10,970 nt of DNA from a virus (taxonomy: Duplodnaviria > Heunggongvirae > Uroviricota > Caudoviricetes), in the IMG/VR virus record IMGVR_UViG_2695420822_000001. One strand, 5' to 3'. This document shows positions 1 to 10,164 of this stretch, in pieces. A model generated the notes under the pieces. That model worked only from the letters and a program-made list of their open reading frames with translations, had not been told where the DNA came from and did not search any database. The position numbers and the translations under genes are program-made. Each line of letters starts with the position of its first letter. The first letter of the stretch is position 1.

Positions 1-73
1 ACTAAATCAGTAAGTTGGCAGCATCACCAAAATTGGTTATGCTGTTAAGAGTGGTTACTTCGTCACACAGCTT

Positions 74-101
74 AAACCCGCCGTCGAGCGGGTTTTTCCA
101 T
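74..101 (+). terminator. Intrinsic terminator, likely tR' of the late leader (6S RNA terminator equivalent)
   Basis: Perfect 8-bp stem aaacccgc (74-81) / gcgggttt (88-95) with 6-nt loop cgtcga, followed by a T-rich run (ttttt cc attttttg). It sits about 120 nt upstream of the holin start, where lambdoid phages place tR' between pR'/qut and the lysis genes. Confidence 0.6.
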
Positions 102-218
102 TTTTTGAGTCTCGATATTAGCTGATAACCCAATACCTGAGTTATTCACTGACTCCGAGTCTGTTACGTTTCGTAGTATTCCCTCAATTTACACCCGCTT
201 TGTCTGCGAGGTGGGGTT

Positions 219-434
219 ATGAAATCCATGGATAAGTTAACAACGGGTGTCGCCTATGGCACCTCAGCAGGTAGTGCCGGGTACTGGTTTTTACAGCTGC
301 TAGATAAAGTCACGCCCTCACAGTGGGCGGCAATTGGAGTGCTGGGTAGCCTGGTATTTGGCCTGCTGACGTACCTGACAAACCTTTATTTCAAGATTAA
401 AGAAGATAAGCGCAAGGCTGCGAGAGGTGGATAA
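219..434 (+). CDS. S: Class II holin (pinholin), phage 21 S21-like, with dual-start motif
   Basis: 71-aa ORF beginning MKSMDKL (Met1 and Met4 give the antiholin/holin dual start known for S21). Two hydrophobic segments and a charged C-terminus ([13 protein letters not shown]). GAGGTGGGG Shine-Dalgarno upstream. Stop TAA overlaps the next start (TAATG). Strong resemblance to phage 21 S as I recall it. Confidence 0.9.
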
Positions 435-931
435 TGCCTCCATCATTACGAAAAGCTGTTGCTGCTGCTATTGGTGGCGGGGCTATTGCTATAGCATCTG
501 TGTTAATCACTGGCCCAGGTGGTAACGATGGTCTGGAAGGTGTGAGACATAATCCTTACAAAGACATAGTTGGTGTATGGACTGTATGTTACGGGCATAC
601 AGGAAAAGACATCATTCCCGGTAAAACGTATACCGAAGCAGAGTGCAAAGCCCTCCTGAATAAAGACCTTGCCACTGTCGCCAGACAAATTAACCCGTAC
701 ATCAAAGTCGATATACCGGAAACAACGCGCTGCGCTCTTTACTCGTTCGTCTACAACGTGGGTGCTGGCAATTTCAGAACATCGACGCTTCTTCGCAAAA
801 TAAACCAGGGTGATATTAAAGGCGCATGTGATCAGCTACGGCGCTGGACATACGCTGGCGGTAATCAATGGAAAGGACTGATGACTCGCCGTGAGATTGA
901 GCGTGAAGTCTGTTTGTGGGGGAAACAATGA
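434..931 (+). CDS. R: SAR endolysin (T4 E-like lysozyme, signal-anchor-release type), phage 21 R21-like
   Basis: 165 aa. N-terminal Gly/Ala-rich weakly hydrophobic SAR segment ([20 protein letters not shown]). Catalytic spacing E-x8-D-x5-T in [16 protein letters not shown]. Position immediately after a pinholin is the canonical pinholin/SAR-endolysin pairing. Confidence 0.9.
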   Translation: MPPSLRKAVAAAIGGGAIAIASVLITGPGGNDGLEGVRHNPYKDIVGVWTVCYGHTGKDIIPGKTYTEAECKALLNKDLATVARQINPYIKVDIPETTRCALYSFVYNVGAGNFRTSTLLRKINQGDIKGACDQLRRWTYAGGNQWKGLMTRREIEREVCLWGKQ

Positions 932-1386
932 GCAGAGTAACCGCGATTATCTCCGCTCTGGTTATCTGCATCATCGTCCGCCTGTCATTGGCTGTTAATC
1001 ATTACCGTGATAACGCAATCGCCTACAAAGAGCAGCGCGATAACAAGGCCAGTGAACTGGAGAAGGCGAACGCCACCATCGCTGACATGCGGAAGCGTCA
1101 ACGTGATGTAGCAGAACTCGACGCAAGATACATAAAGGAGCTTGCTGATGCTAACGCGACTATCGAAAGTCTCCGTGCTGATGTTTCTGCTGGGCGTAAG
1201 CGCCTGCAAGTCGCCGCCACCTGTGCAAAGTCAACGACCGGAGCCAGCGGCATGGGCGATGGAGAAAGCCCAGGACTTACAGCAGATGCTGAACTCAATT
1301 ATTACCGTCTCCGAAGTGGAATCGACAAGATAACCGCGCAGGTTAACTACCTGCAGGAATACATCAGGACGCAATGCCTGAAATAA
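928..1386 (+). CDS. Rz: Rz i-spanin (inner-membrane spanin subunit)
   Basis: ATG at 928 overlaps the endolysin stop (ATGA). N-terminal TM helix ([20 protein letters not shown]) followed by charged coiled-coil-like periplasmic region. The track ORF 916..1386 starts at an in-frame GTG 12 nt upstream; the ATG at 928 is preferred. Confidence 0.85.
   Translation: MSRVTAIISALVICIIVRLSLAVNHYRDNAIAYKEQRDNKASELEKANATIADMRKRQRDVAELDARYIKELADANATIESLRADVSAGRKRLQVAATCAKSTTGASGMGDGESPGLTADAELNYYRLRSGIDKITAQVNYLQEYIRTQCLK
1148..1333 (+). CDS. Rz1: Rz1 o-spanin (outer-membrane lipoprotein), embedded in the +1 frame of Rz
   Basis: Embedded ORF with signal peptide and lipobox (LLGVSAC, Cys as lipidation site), followed by a Pro-rich mature region ([14 protein letters not shown]). 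The track begins at TTG 1142; the first ATG is at 1148. Fully nested in Rz as in lambda/21. Confidence 0.75.
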   Translation: MLTRLSKVSVLMFLLGVSACKSPPPVQSQRPEPAAWAMEKAQDLQQMLNSIITVSEVESTR

Positions 1387-1417
1387 TTTTTTTGCAAATC
1401 ACAAAGTCCATTTAATG

Positions 1418-1441
1418 AGCCTCGCGATGCGGGGCTTTTTG
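1418..1441 (+). terminator. Intrinsic terminator after the lysis cassette
   Basis: Stem agcctcgc (1418-1425) / gcggggct (1429-1436), one G-U pair, loop gat, then ttttt. Lies 32 nt after the Rz stop. Confidence 0.55.
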
Positions 1442-1447
1442 CAATAA

Positions 1448-1472
1448 ATGCGTACCGCAACGCATGTTTTTT
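1448..1472 (+). terminator. Second tandem hairpin with T-run (possible back-up terminator)
   Basis: Stem atgcgt (1448-1453) / acgcat (1460-1465), loop accgca, followed by gtttttt. Confidence 0.4.
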
Positions 1473-1587
1473 ACACCGAACCTGCCCCTTTGGAATGGGC
1501 CTTTGAGGATACCAGTTAGTGCTGGCGAGCCTCGGTGGGCTGGTTTCCTGTGCGGCAAAGGTTCATTTCAAAGAGTAGGTACACGCT

Positions 1588-2085
1588 ATGAAATCATTAA
1601 CCCTCTTCAATCAACCAATTCGTATCGGTGAAGATGGCATGATCTGCCTCACTGATATGTGGAAAGCCAGTGGTAAAAGTGAATCTGAATCGCCTTACCA
1701 CTACCTGCGAAACAAGCAGACCAAAGAGTTCTTAGCCGAGCTGGAGAAAAACCACGAATCTGTGGTTTTTACTGAGCGCGGTGTACACGGTGGAACATAT
1801 GGCGGGAAGTTTGTTGCTTACGATTATGCGGCTTGGTTAAACCCCGGGTTCAAGTACGCGGCCTATAAAGTCCTCGATGACTACTTCACCGGAGAACTTC
1901 AGCATCGCAACAGCTTAAGTGCGCAGCTCAACATGAAATGTCATGAATTTGACCAGAAGAAAGACATGGCGAGCTTCTGCGGACAAGGGCTGGCAGCATG
2001 GCGCTATACGAAGCCAGTGTTGGTCGCTGAGATTAACTCCCTGGCTAACCAGCTGCAGATTACGATCCCCGGGCTTCCGGGATGA
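1588..2085 (+). CDS. KilA-N domain protein (APSES-type DNA-binding fold), function unknown
   Basis: 165-aa ORF. Motifs typical of KilA-N: GMICLTDMWKASGK and YHYLRNKQTKEFLAEL near the N-terminus, then GVHGGTYGGKFVAYDYAAWLNPGFKYAAYKVL (compare the GTWVHP..A...A.WLSP.F pattern). About 55 aa of C-terminal extension of unknown function. Family assignment is from motif recall, not a search. Confidence 0.65.
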   Translation: MKSLTLFNQPIRIGEDGMICLTDMWKASGKSESESPYHYLRNKQTKEFLAELEKNHESVVFTERGVHGGTYGGKFVAYDYAAWLNPGFKYAAYKVLDDYFTGELQHRNSLSAQLNMKCHEFDQKKDMASFCGQGLAAWRYTKPVLVAEINSLANQLQITIPGLPG

Positions 2086-2339
2086 GTGATCATGTTATTG
2101 AATGCGCCTCCAGAGCGGGGCGCGACTTCTCAGAGTTCATGAAAGGCGAGAAGGGCATGATGGAAGCATTGGCCTCGGTGGATGAGTTTGGCGAGCAGCT
2201 GCGCCTCAACGGCTGTGTCAATCATCACTTTGTTAGCTACATGATGCGGAACTCGATCATGCAGGCATTCATGGACATGGCAAAAGCCGAGAGGAAAGAA
2301 GAGCGCCGGCGTAAGCGAGCGGAAGCAAAAGCGAAGTAG
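2082..2339 (+). CDS. Hypothetical 85-aa protein, translationally coupled to the KilA-N gene
   Basis: ATG at 2082 overlaps the upstream stop (ATGA at 2082-2085). Acidic core with C-x36-C-x2-HH spacing and a highly basic tail (KAERKEERRRKRAEAKAK). No family recognised. Confidence 0.55.
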   Translation: MSDHVIECASRAGRDFSEFMKGEKGMMEALASVDEFGEQLRLNGCVNHHFVSYMMRNSIMQAFMDMAKAERKEERRRKRAEAKAK

Positions 2340-2340
2340 C

Positions 2341-2376
2341 CATTACAAAGCCCATTTACGGGTGGGCTTGATAATG
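2341..2376. repeat. Hairpin-containing direct repeat, copy A
   Basis: cat-t-acaaa-gcc... with perfect 7-bp stem aagccca (2348-2354) / tgggctt (2363-2369), followed by gataatg. Starts 2 nt after the stop of the 85-aa ORF. No T-run follows. Confidence 0.5.
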
Positions 2377-2637
2377 AAACCGGAATTTATTCTGGGCCAC
2401 CAGTTAACGGCAGTACCACGAAACAACCCAAGCCAGTAAGTGGGGAAATAACACCGGCAGCCACTGAAAGATGAACCTCCTGCCTTATGGCAAAAAAGAT
2501 TCTTTGTGGTGGCGGACTGATGGAAAGACATCCCAATTTCAGCCAAACATTGAAGGAGTTGTTATGTCAGCAGAAGGTTTCAATAACCCATCAAAATTCC
2601 GGGATGAGTGGGATAGCAGCGTAAAGAGTAAGTGATG

Positions 2638-2678
2638 CCATCACAAAAGCCATTCCCTACAGAGTGGCTTTGATAATG
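2638..2678. repeat. Hairpin-containing direct repeat, copy B
   Basis: cca-tcacaaaa-gcc... with perfect 7-bp stem aaagcca (2646-2652) / tggcttt (2665-2671), 12-nt loop, followed by the same gataatg. Same flanking words as copy A, about 297 bp downstream. Confidence 0.5.
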
Positions 2679-2693
2679 GCTTATACCCTACAC

Positions 2694-2719
2694 GGGATAA
2701 CTTAACTGATATCCCTTTT
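2694..2719 (+). terminator. Terminator-like hairpin (+ orientation)
   Basis: Stem gggata (2694-2699) / tatccc (2710-2715), 10-nt loop, followed by tttt on the + strand. On the - strand it is not followed by a U-run, so it reads as a + strand terminator. Confidence 0.35.
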
Positions 2720-2736
2720 AAAGGATAAAGGTATTC

Positions 2737-2951
2737 NNNNNNNNNNNNNNNNNNNNNNNNNNNNNNNNNNNNNNNNNNNNNNNNNNNNNNNNNNNNNNNN
2801 NNNNNNNNNNNNNNNNNNNNNNNNNNNNNNNNNNNNNNNNNNNNNNNNNNNNNNNNNNNNNNNNNNNNNNNNNNNNNNNNNNNNNNNNNNNNNNNNNNNN
2901 NNNNNNNNNNNNNNNNNNNNNNNNNNNNNNNNNNNNNNNNNNNNNNNNNNN
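2737..2951. other. Run of N (215 nt), undetermined or masked sequence
   Basis: Contiguous n characters; content cannot be assessed. Confidence 1.
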
Positions 2952-3028
2952 CACTTCTGGAGTGAATCCAGATTAAACATCTCATTGCTGATGCTTGATA
3001 TTGAGCATTTTGCGCGCGGTAAGGGGCT

Positions 3029-3626
3029 NNNNNNNNNNNNNNNNNNNNNNNNNNNNNNNNNNNNNNNNNNNNNNNNNNNNNNNNNNNNNNNNNNNNNNNN
3101 NNNNNNNNNNNNNNNNNNNNNNNNNNNNNNNNNNNNNNNNNNNNNNNNNNNNNNNNNNNNNNNNNNNNNNNNNNNNNNNNNNNNNNNNNNNNNNNNNNNN
3201 NNNNNNNNNNNNNNNNNNNNNNNNNNNNNNNNNNNNNNNNNNNNNNNNNNNNNNNNNNNNNNNNNNNNNNNNNNNNNNNNNNNNNNNNNNNNNNNNNNNN
3301 NNNNNNNNNNNNNNNNNNNNNNNNNNNNNNNNNNNNNNNNNNNNNNNNNNNNNNNNNNNNNNNNNNNNNNNNNNNNNNNNNNNNNNNNNNNNNNNNNNNN
3401 NNNNNNNNNNNNNNNNNNNNNNNNNNNNNNNNNNNNNNNNNNNNNNNNNNNNNNNNNNNNNNNNNNNNNNNNNNNNNNNNNNNNNNNNNNNNNNNNNNNN
3501 NNNNNNNNNNNNNNNNNNNNNNNNNNNNNNNNNNNNNNNNNNNNNNNNNNNNNNNNNNNNNNNNNNNNNNNNNNNNNNNNNNNNNNNNNNNNNNNNNNNN
3601 NNNNNNNNNNNNNNNNNNNNNNNNNN
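3029..3626. other. Run of N (598 nt), undetermined or masked sequence
   Basis: Contiguous n characters. Hides the 3' part of the minus-strand DUF1398-like gene and whatever lies between it and position 3028. Confidence 1.
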
Positions 3627-3929
3627 GAAAACCCCTGCTGTAGCAAGATTTTTCCTGTATTCGTAAAATGATAACTCTCCTGATTTGAATCCTTTTAAGG
3701 TGGCTTCTATAAGGCATTTATTTTTTGAAAATCTTACATTTACAACCTTACCCTGTCCTTTTATTAAAACCGTATTATCGTTTTCAAGAACAAGATGAAT
3801 ATTCTCTGTGGCTAAATAGTAAATGTAATGTGAGACATTGTGACGTTTTAGTTCAGAATAAAACCAGTGATAGTTTAAATTATTTCGCACTTTATCGAAT
3901 ATTTGTTTAAAAATGGCAACCTGAGCCAT
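3627..3929 (-). CDS. DUF1398 family protein (YbcV-like, annotated in prophages as putative envelope protein); N-terminal about 100 codons visible, 3' end lost in the N-run
   Basis: Minus-strand ORF reading [101 protein letters not shown]. Preferred start is the ATG at 3929-3927, which has a GGAAGG Shine-Dalgarno 7 nt upstream; an in-frame ATG at 3944 has none. Resembles DLP12 YbcV/DUF1398 as I recall it. Family proteins are about 130-180 aa, so the gene should end inside the N-run. Confidence 0.6.
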
Positions 3930-3986
3930 TGTAGTACCTTCCATGTGATATGAGGGGGCGTAGTCTGCACGATTATCTAAATTGCT

Positions 3987-4220
3987 TCAATCTGGTCTAA
4001 CCTGTTTTCTGAGCAATTCAGTAATGTCACTCTTTTCTTTGTTTGCTTCAGGCGAAACTCTTTTTTCTGAGCACAGTCTCCGGCGGCAGGCTTCAATGAC
4101 CCAGGCTGAGAAATTCCCGGACCCTTTTTGAACAAGAGCGATGTTAATTTGTTCAATCATTTGGTTAGGAAAGCGGATGTTGCGGGTTGTTGTTCTGCGG
4201 GTTCTGTTCTTCGTTGACAT
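3987..4220 (-). CDS. Small ribbon-helix-helix-like protein (DUF3950 / YlcI-like), putative DNA-binding regulator
   Basis: 77-aa minus-strand ORF MSTKNRTRRTTTRNIRFPNQMIEQINIALVQKGSGNFSAWVIEACRRRL... Basic N-terminal arm, then a strand-helix-helix pattern like the Arc/MetJ/CopG fold. Sits directly upstream of, and co-oriented with, the DUF1398-like gene (43-bp spacer). Confidence 0.6.
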   Translation of the reverse strand: MSTKNRTRRTTTRNIRFPNQMIEQINIALVQKGSGNFSAWVIEACRRRLCSEKRVSPEANKEKSDITELLRKQVRPD

Positions 4221-4389
4221 GAGGTTGCCCTGTATTCAGTGTCGCTGATTTGTATTGTCTGAAGTTGTTTTTACGTTAAGTTGATGCAGATCAATTAATA
4301 CGATACCTGCGTCATAATTGATTATTTGACGTGGTTTGATGGCGTAGATGCACGTTGTGACATGTAGATGATAATTATTATCATTTTGC

Positions 4390-4590
4390 GGGTCCTTTCC
4401 GGCGATCCGACAGGTTACGGGGCGGAAGGCGCGCGGGTTTTCGCTATTTATGACAATTTTCCGGTTTAAGGCGTTTCCGTTCTTCTTCGCCGTAACCTAA
4501 TGTTTTTATTTAAAACACCCCCTGAAAAGAAAGGAAACGACAGGTGCTGAAAACGGGCTTTTTGGCCTCTGTCGTTTCCTTTCTCTGTTT
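4390..4590. other. cos: cos site (cosQ-cosN-cosB) of lambda type, with variant cosN core
   Basis: Near-identical to the lambda genome ends as I recall them: ...gggtcctttccggcgatccgacaggttacg (lambda right end, contains cosQ) | GGGCGGAAGGCG (12-nt cohesive-end position, 4420-4431) | cgcgggttttcgctatttatga... cosB terminase-binding repeats: R3 cgtttccgttcttcttcg (4472-4489), R2 agaaaggaaacgacag (4528-4543) and R1 ctgtcgtttcctttct (4569-4584), R2 and R1 inverted. An A/T-rich IHF-like site lies between R3 and R2. The Nu1 start follows at 4609. Confidence 0.85.
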
Positions 4591-4608
4591 TTGTCCGTGG
4601 AATGAACA

Positions 4609-5128
4609 ATGGAAGTCAACAAAAAGCAGCTGGCTGACATTTTCGGTGCGAGTATCCGTACCATTCAGAACTGGCAGGAACAGGGAATGCCCGTTCTGCG
4701 AGGCGGTGGCAAGGGTAATGAGGTGCTTTATGACTCTGCCGCCGTTATAAGATGGTATGCCGAAAGGGATGCTGAAATTGAGAACGAAAAGCTGCGCCGG
4801 GAAGTTGAAGAACTGCGGCAGGCCAGCGAGACAGATCTCCAGCCAGGGACTATTGAGTACGAACGCCATCGACTTACGCGTGCGCAGGCCGACGCACAGG
4901 AGCTGAAAAATGCCAGAGACTCCGCTGAAGTGGTGGAAACCGCATTCTGTACTTTCGTGCTGTCGCGGATCGCAGGTGAAATTGCCAGTATTCTCGACGG
5001 GATCCCCCTGTCGGTGCAGCGGCGTTTTCCGGAACTGGAAAACCGACATGTTGATTTCCTGAAACGGGATATCATCAAAGCCATGAACAAAGCAGCCGCG
5101 CTGGATGAACTGATACCGGGGTTGCTGA

Positions 5129-5154
<26 letters not shown>
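4609..5154 (+). CDS. nu1: Terminase small subunit Nu1
   Basis: 181 aa, MEVNKKQLADIFGASIRTIQNWQEQGMPVLRGGGKGNEVLYDSAAV..., essentially lambda gpNu1 (winged-HTH N-terminus). Same length as lambda Nu1 (546 nt) and same position relative to cosB. Confidence 0.95.
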
Positions 5155-8835
<3,681 letters not shown>

Positions 8836-8855
<20 letters not shown>

Positions 8856-10155
8856 TCTCCCGCATATTGCCAGCATGGCTTTTAATGAGCCGCTGATGCT
8901 TGAACCCGCCTATGCGCGGGTTTTCTTTTGTGCGCTTGCAGGCCAGCTTGGGATCAGCTGCCTGACGGATGCAGTATCCGGCGACAGCCTGACTGCCGGA
9001 GAGGCACCCGCGGCGCTGGCGTTATCCGGTGATGATGACGGACCACGACAGGCCCGCAGTTATCAGGTAATGAACGGCATCGCCGTGCTGCCGGTGTCCG
9101 GCACGCTGGTCAGCCGGACGCGGGCGCTGCAGCCGTACTCGGGGATGACCGGTTACAACGGCATTATCGCCCGTCTGCAACAGGCTGCCAGCGACCCGAT
9201 GGTGGACGGCATTCTGCTCGATATGGACACACCGGGCGGAATGGTGGCGGGAGCATTTGACTGCGCTGACATCATCGCCCGTGTGCGTGACATAAAGCCG
9301 GTATGGGCGCTGGCCAATGACATGAACTGCAGCGCAGGTCAGCTGCTTGCCAGTGCCGCCTCCCGGCGTCTGGTCACGCAGACCGCCCGGACAGGCTCCA
9401 TCGGCGTCATGATGGCTCACAGTAATTACGGCGCTGCACTGGAGAAACAGGGCGTGGAAATCACGCTGATTTACAGCGGCAGCCATAAGGTGGATGGCAA
9501 CCCCTACAGCCATCTACCGGATGATGTCCGGGAAACATTGCAGTCCCGGATGGATGCAACCCGCCGGATGTTTGCACAGAAGGTGTCGGCATATACCGGC
9601 CTGTCCGTGCAGGCTGTGCTGGATACCGAGGCTGCAGTGTACAGCGGTCAGGAGGCCATTGATGCCGGACTGGCTGATGAACTTGTTAACAGTACCGATG
9701 CGATCACCGTCATGCGTGATGCACTGGATGCACGTAAATCCCGTCTCTCAGGAGGGCGAATGACCAAAGAGACTCAATCAACAACTGTTTCAGCCACTGC
9801 TTCGCAGGCTGACGTTACTGGCGTGGTGCAAGCGACGGAGGGCGAGAACGCCAGCGCGGCGCAGCCGGACGTGAACGCGCAGATCACCGCAGCGGTTGCG
9901 GCAGAAAACAGTCGCATTATGGGGATCCTCAACTGTGAGGAGGCTCACGGACGCGAAGAACAGGCACGCGTGCTGGCCGAAACCCCCGGTATGACCGTGG
10001 AAACGGCCCGCCGTATTCTGGCCGCAGCACCACAGAGTGCACAGACGCGCAGTGACACTGCGCTGGATCGTCTGATGCAGGGGGCACCGGCACCGCTGGC
10101 TGCAGGTAACCCGGCATCTGATGCCGTTAACGATTTGCTGAACACACCAGTGTAA
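8836..10155 (+). CDS. C: Head maturation protease / scaffold protein gpC (ClpP/SppA-like serine peptidase fold)
   Basis: GTG start at 8836 preceded by gaggaggagaag, giving VTAELRNLPHIASMAFNEPLMLEPAYARVFF..., lambda gpC-like. 1320 nt, same as lambda C. The track ORF from 8701 is an upstream in-frame extension inside B and is not the start. Confidence 0.9.
9550..10155 (+). CDS. nu3: Scaffolding protein Nu3, in-frame internal start within C
   Basis: In-frame ATG at 9550 (MDATRRMFAQKVSAYTGLSV...) gives a 606-nt nested gene sharing the C stop, the same length and arrangement as lambda Nu3. Confidence 0.75.
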   Translation: MDATRRMFAQKVSAYTGLSVQAVLDTEAAVYSGQEAIDAGLADELVNSTDAITVMRDALDARKSRLSGGRMTKETQSTTVSATASQADVTGVVQATEGENASAAQPDVNAQITAAVAAENSRIMGILNCEEAHGREEQARVLAETPGMTVETARRILAAAPQSAQTRSDTALDRLMQGAPAPLAAGNPASDAVNDLLNTPV

Positions 10156-10164
10156 GGGATGTTT

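Noticed and set aside
1-73. 3' end of a Q antiterminator gene or the pR' promoter at the window start
   Set aside because: All frames contain stops in the first 70 nt and no promoter hexamers are evident. pR' and qut are probably just upstream of the window.
503-1298. Minus-strand ORFs 503..688, 985..1209 and 1098..1298
   Set aside because: Antisense to the endolysin and Rz/Rz1 genes; no start context; the only nested gene expected here is Rz1 on the + strand.
2343-2546. Minus-strand 67-aa ORF (MAEIGMSF...)
   Set aside because: No Shine-Dalgarno, Cys/Trp-rich composition not typical of a real protein, and it overlaps the repeat-hairpin locus where + strand signals (Shine-Dalgarno at 2553-2559, terminator at 2694-2719) are more convincing.
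2340-2736. Possible tRNA gene in the accessory island
   Set aside because: No T-loop-like GTTCRANYC motif and no cloverleaf-compatible stems. Phage tRNAs in lambdoids usually lie upstream of the lysis genes, not here.
3725-3910. + strand 61-aa ORF
   Set aside because: Antisense within the DUF1398-like gene, AT-rich, no ribosome-binding site.
2641-3944. Track ORFs spanning the N-runs (2641..3717, 2702..3646, 2718..2954, 2985..3671, 2995..3666, and the 320-aa extension of 2982..3944)
   Set aside because: Their length comes from translating N as X. Only the 3627..3929 portion of the minus-strand frame has real sequence support. Fourteen open codons after the N-run (2982-3028) are not meaningful evidence of continuity.
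4221-4400. Promoter for the minus-strand DUF3950/DUF1398 operon
   Set aside because: A promoter is expected here, but I could not find a convincing -35/-10 pair with proper spacing by eye, so no coordinates are called.
4510-5090. Minus-strand ORFs 4510..5049 (179 aa) and 4728..5090 (120 aa), and + ORF 4544..4750
   Set aside because: They lie antisense to, or out of frame within, cosB and Nu1, which is a confidently identified lambda-type gene; no ribosome-binding site or family resemblance.
9760-10155. Nu3 start at the ATG of MTKETQ (9760), preceded by ggaggg
   Set aside because: I first considered this because of the good Shine-Dalgarno, but the in-frame ATG at 9550 gives the 606-nt nested gene that matches lambda Nu3. 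The 9760 start may still be a minor initiation site; I cannot exclude it.
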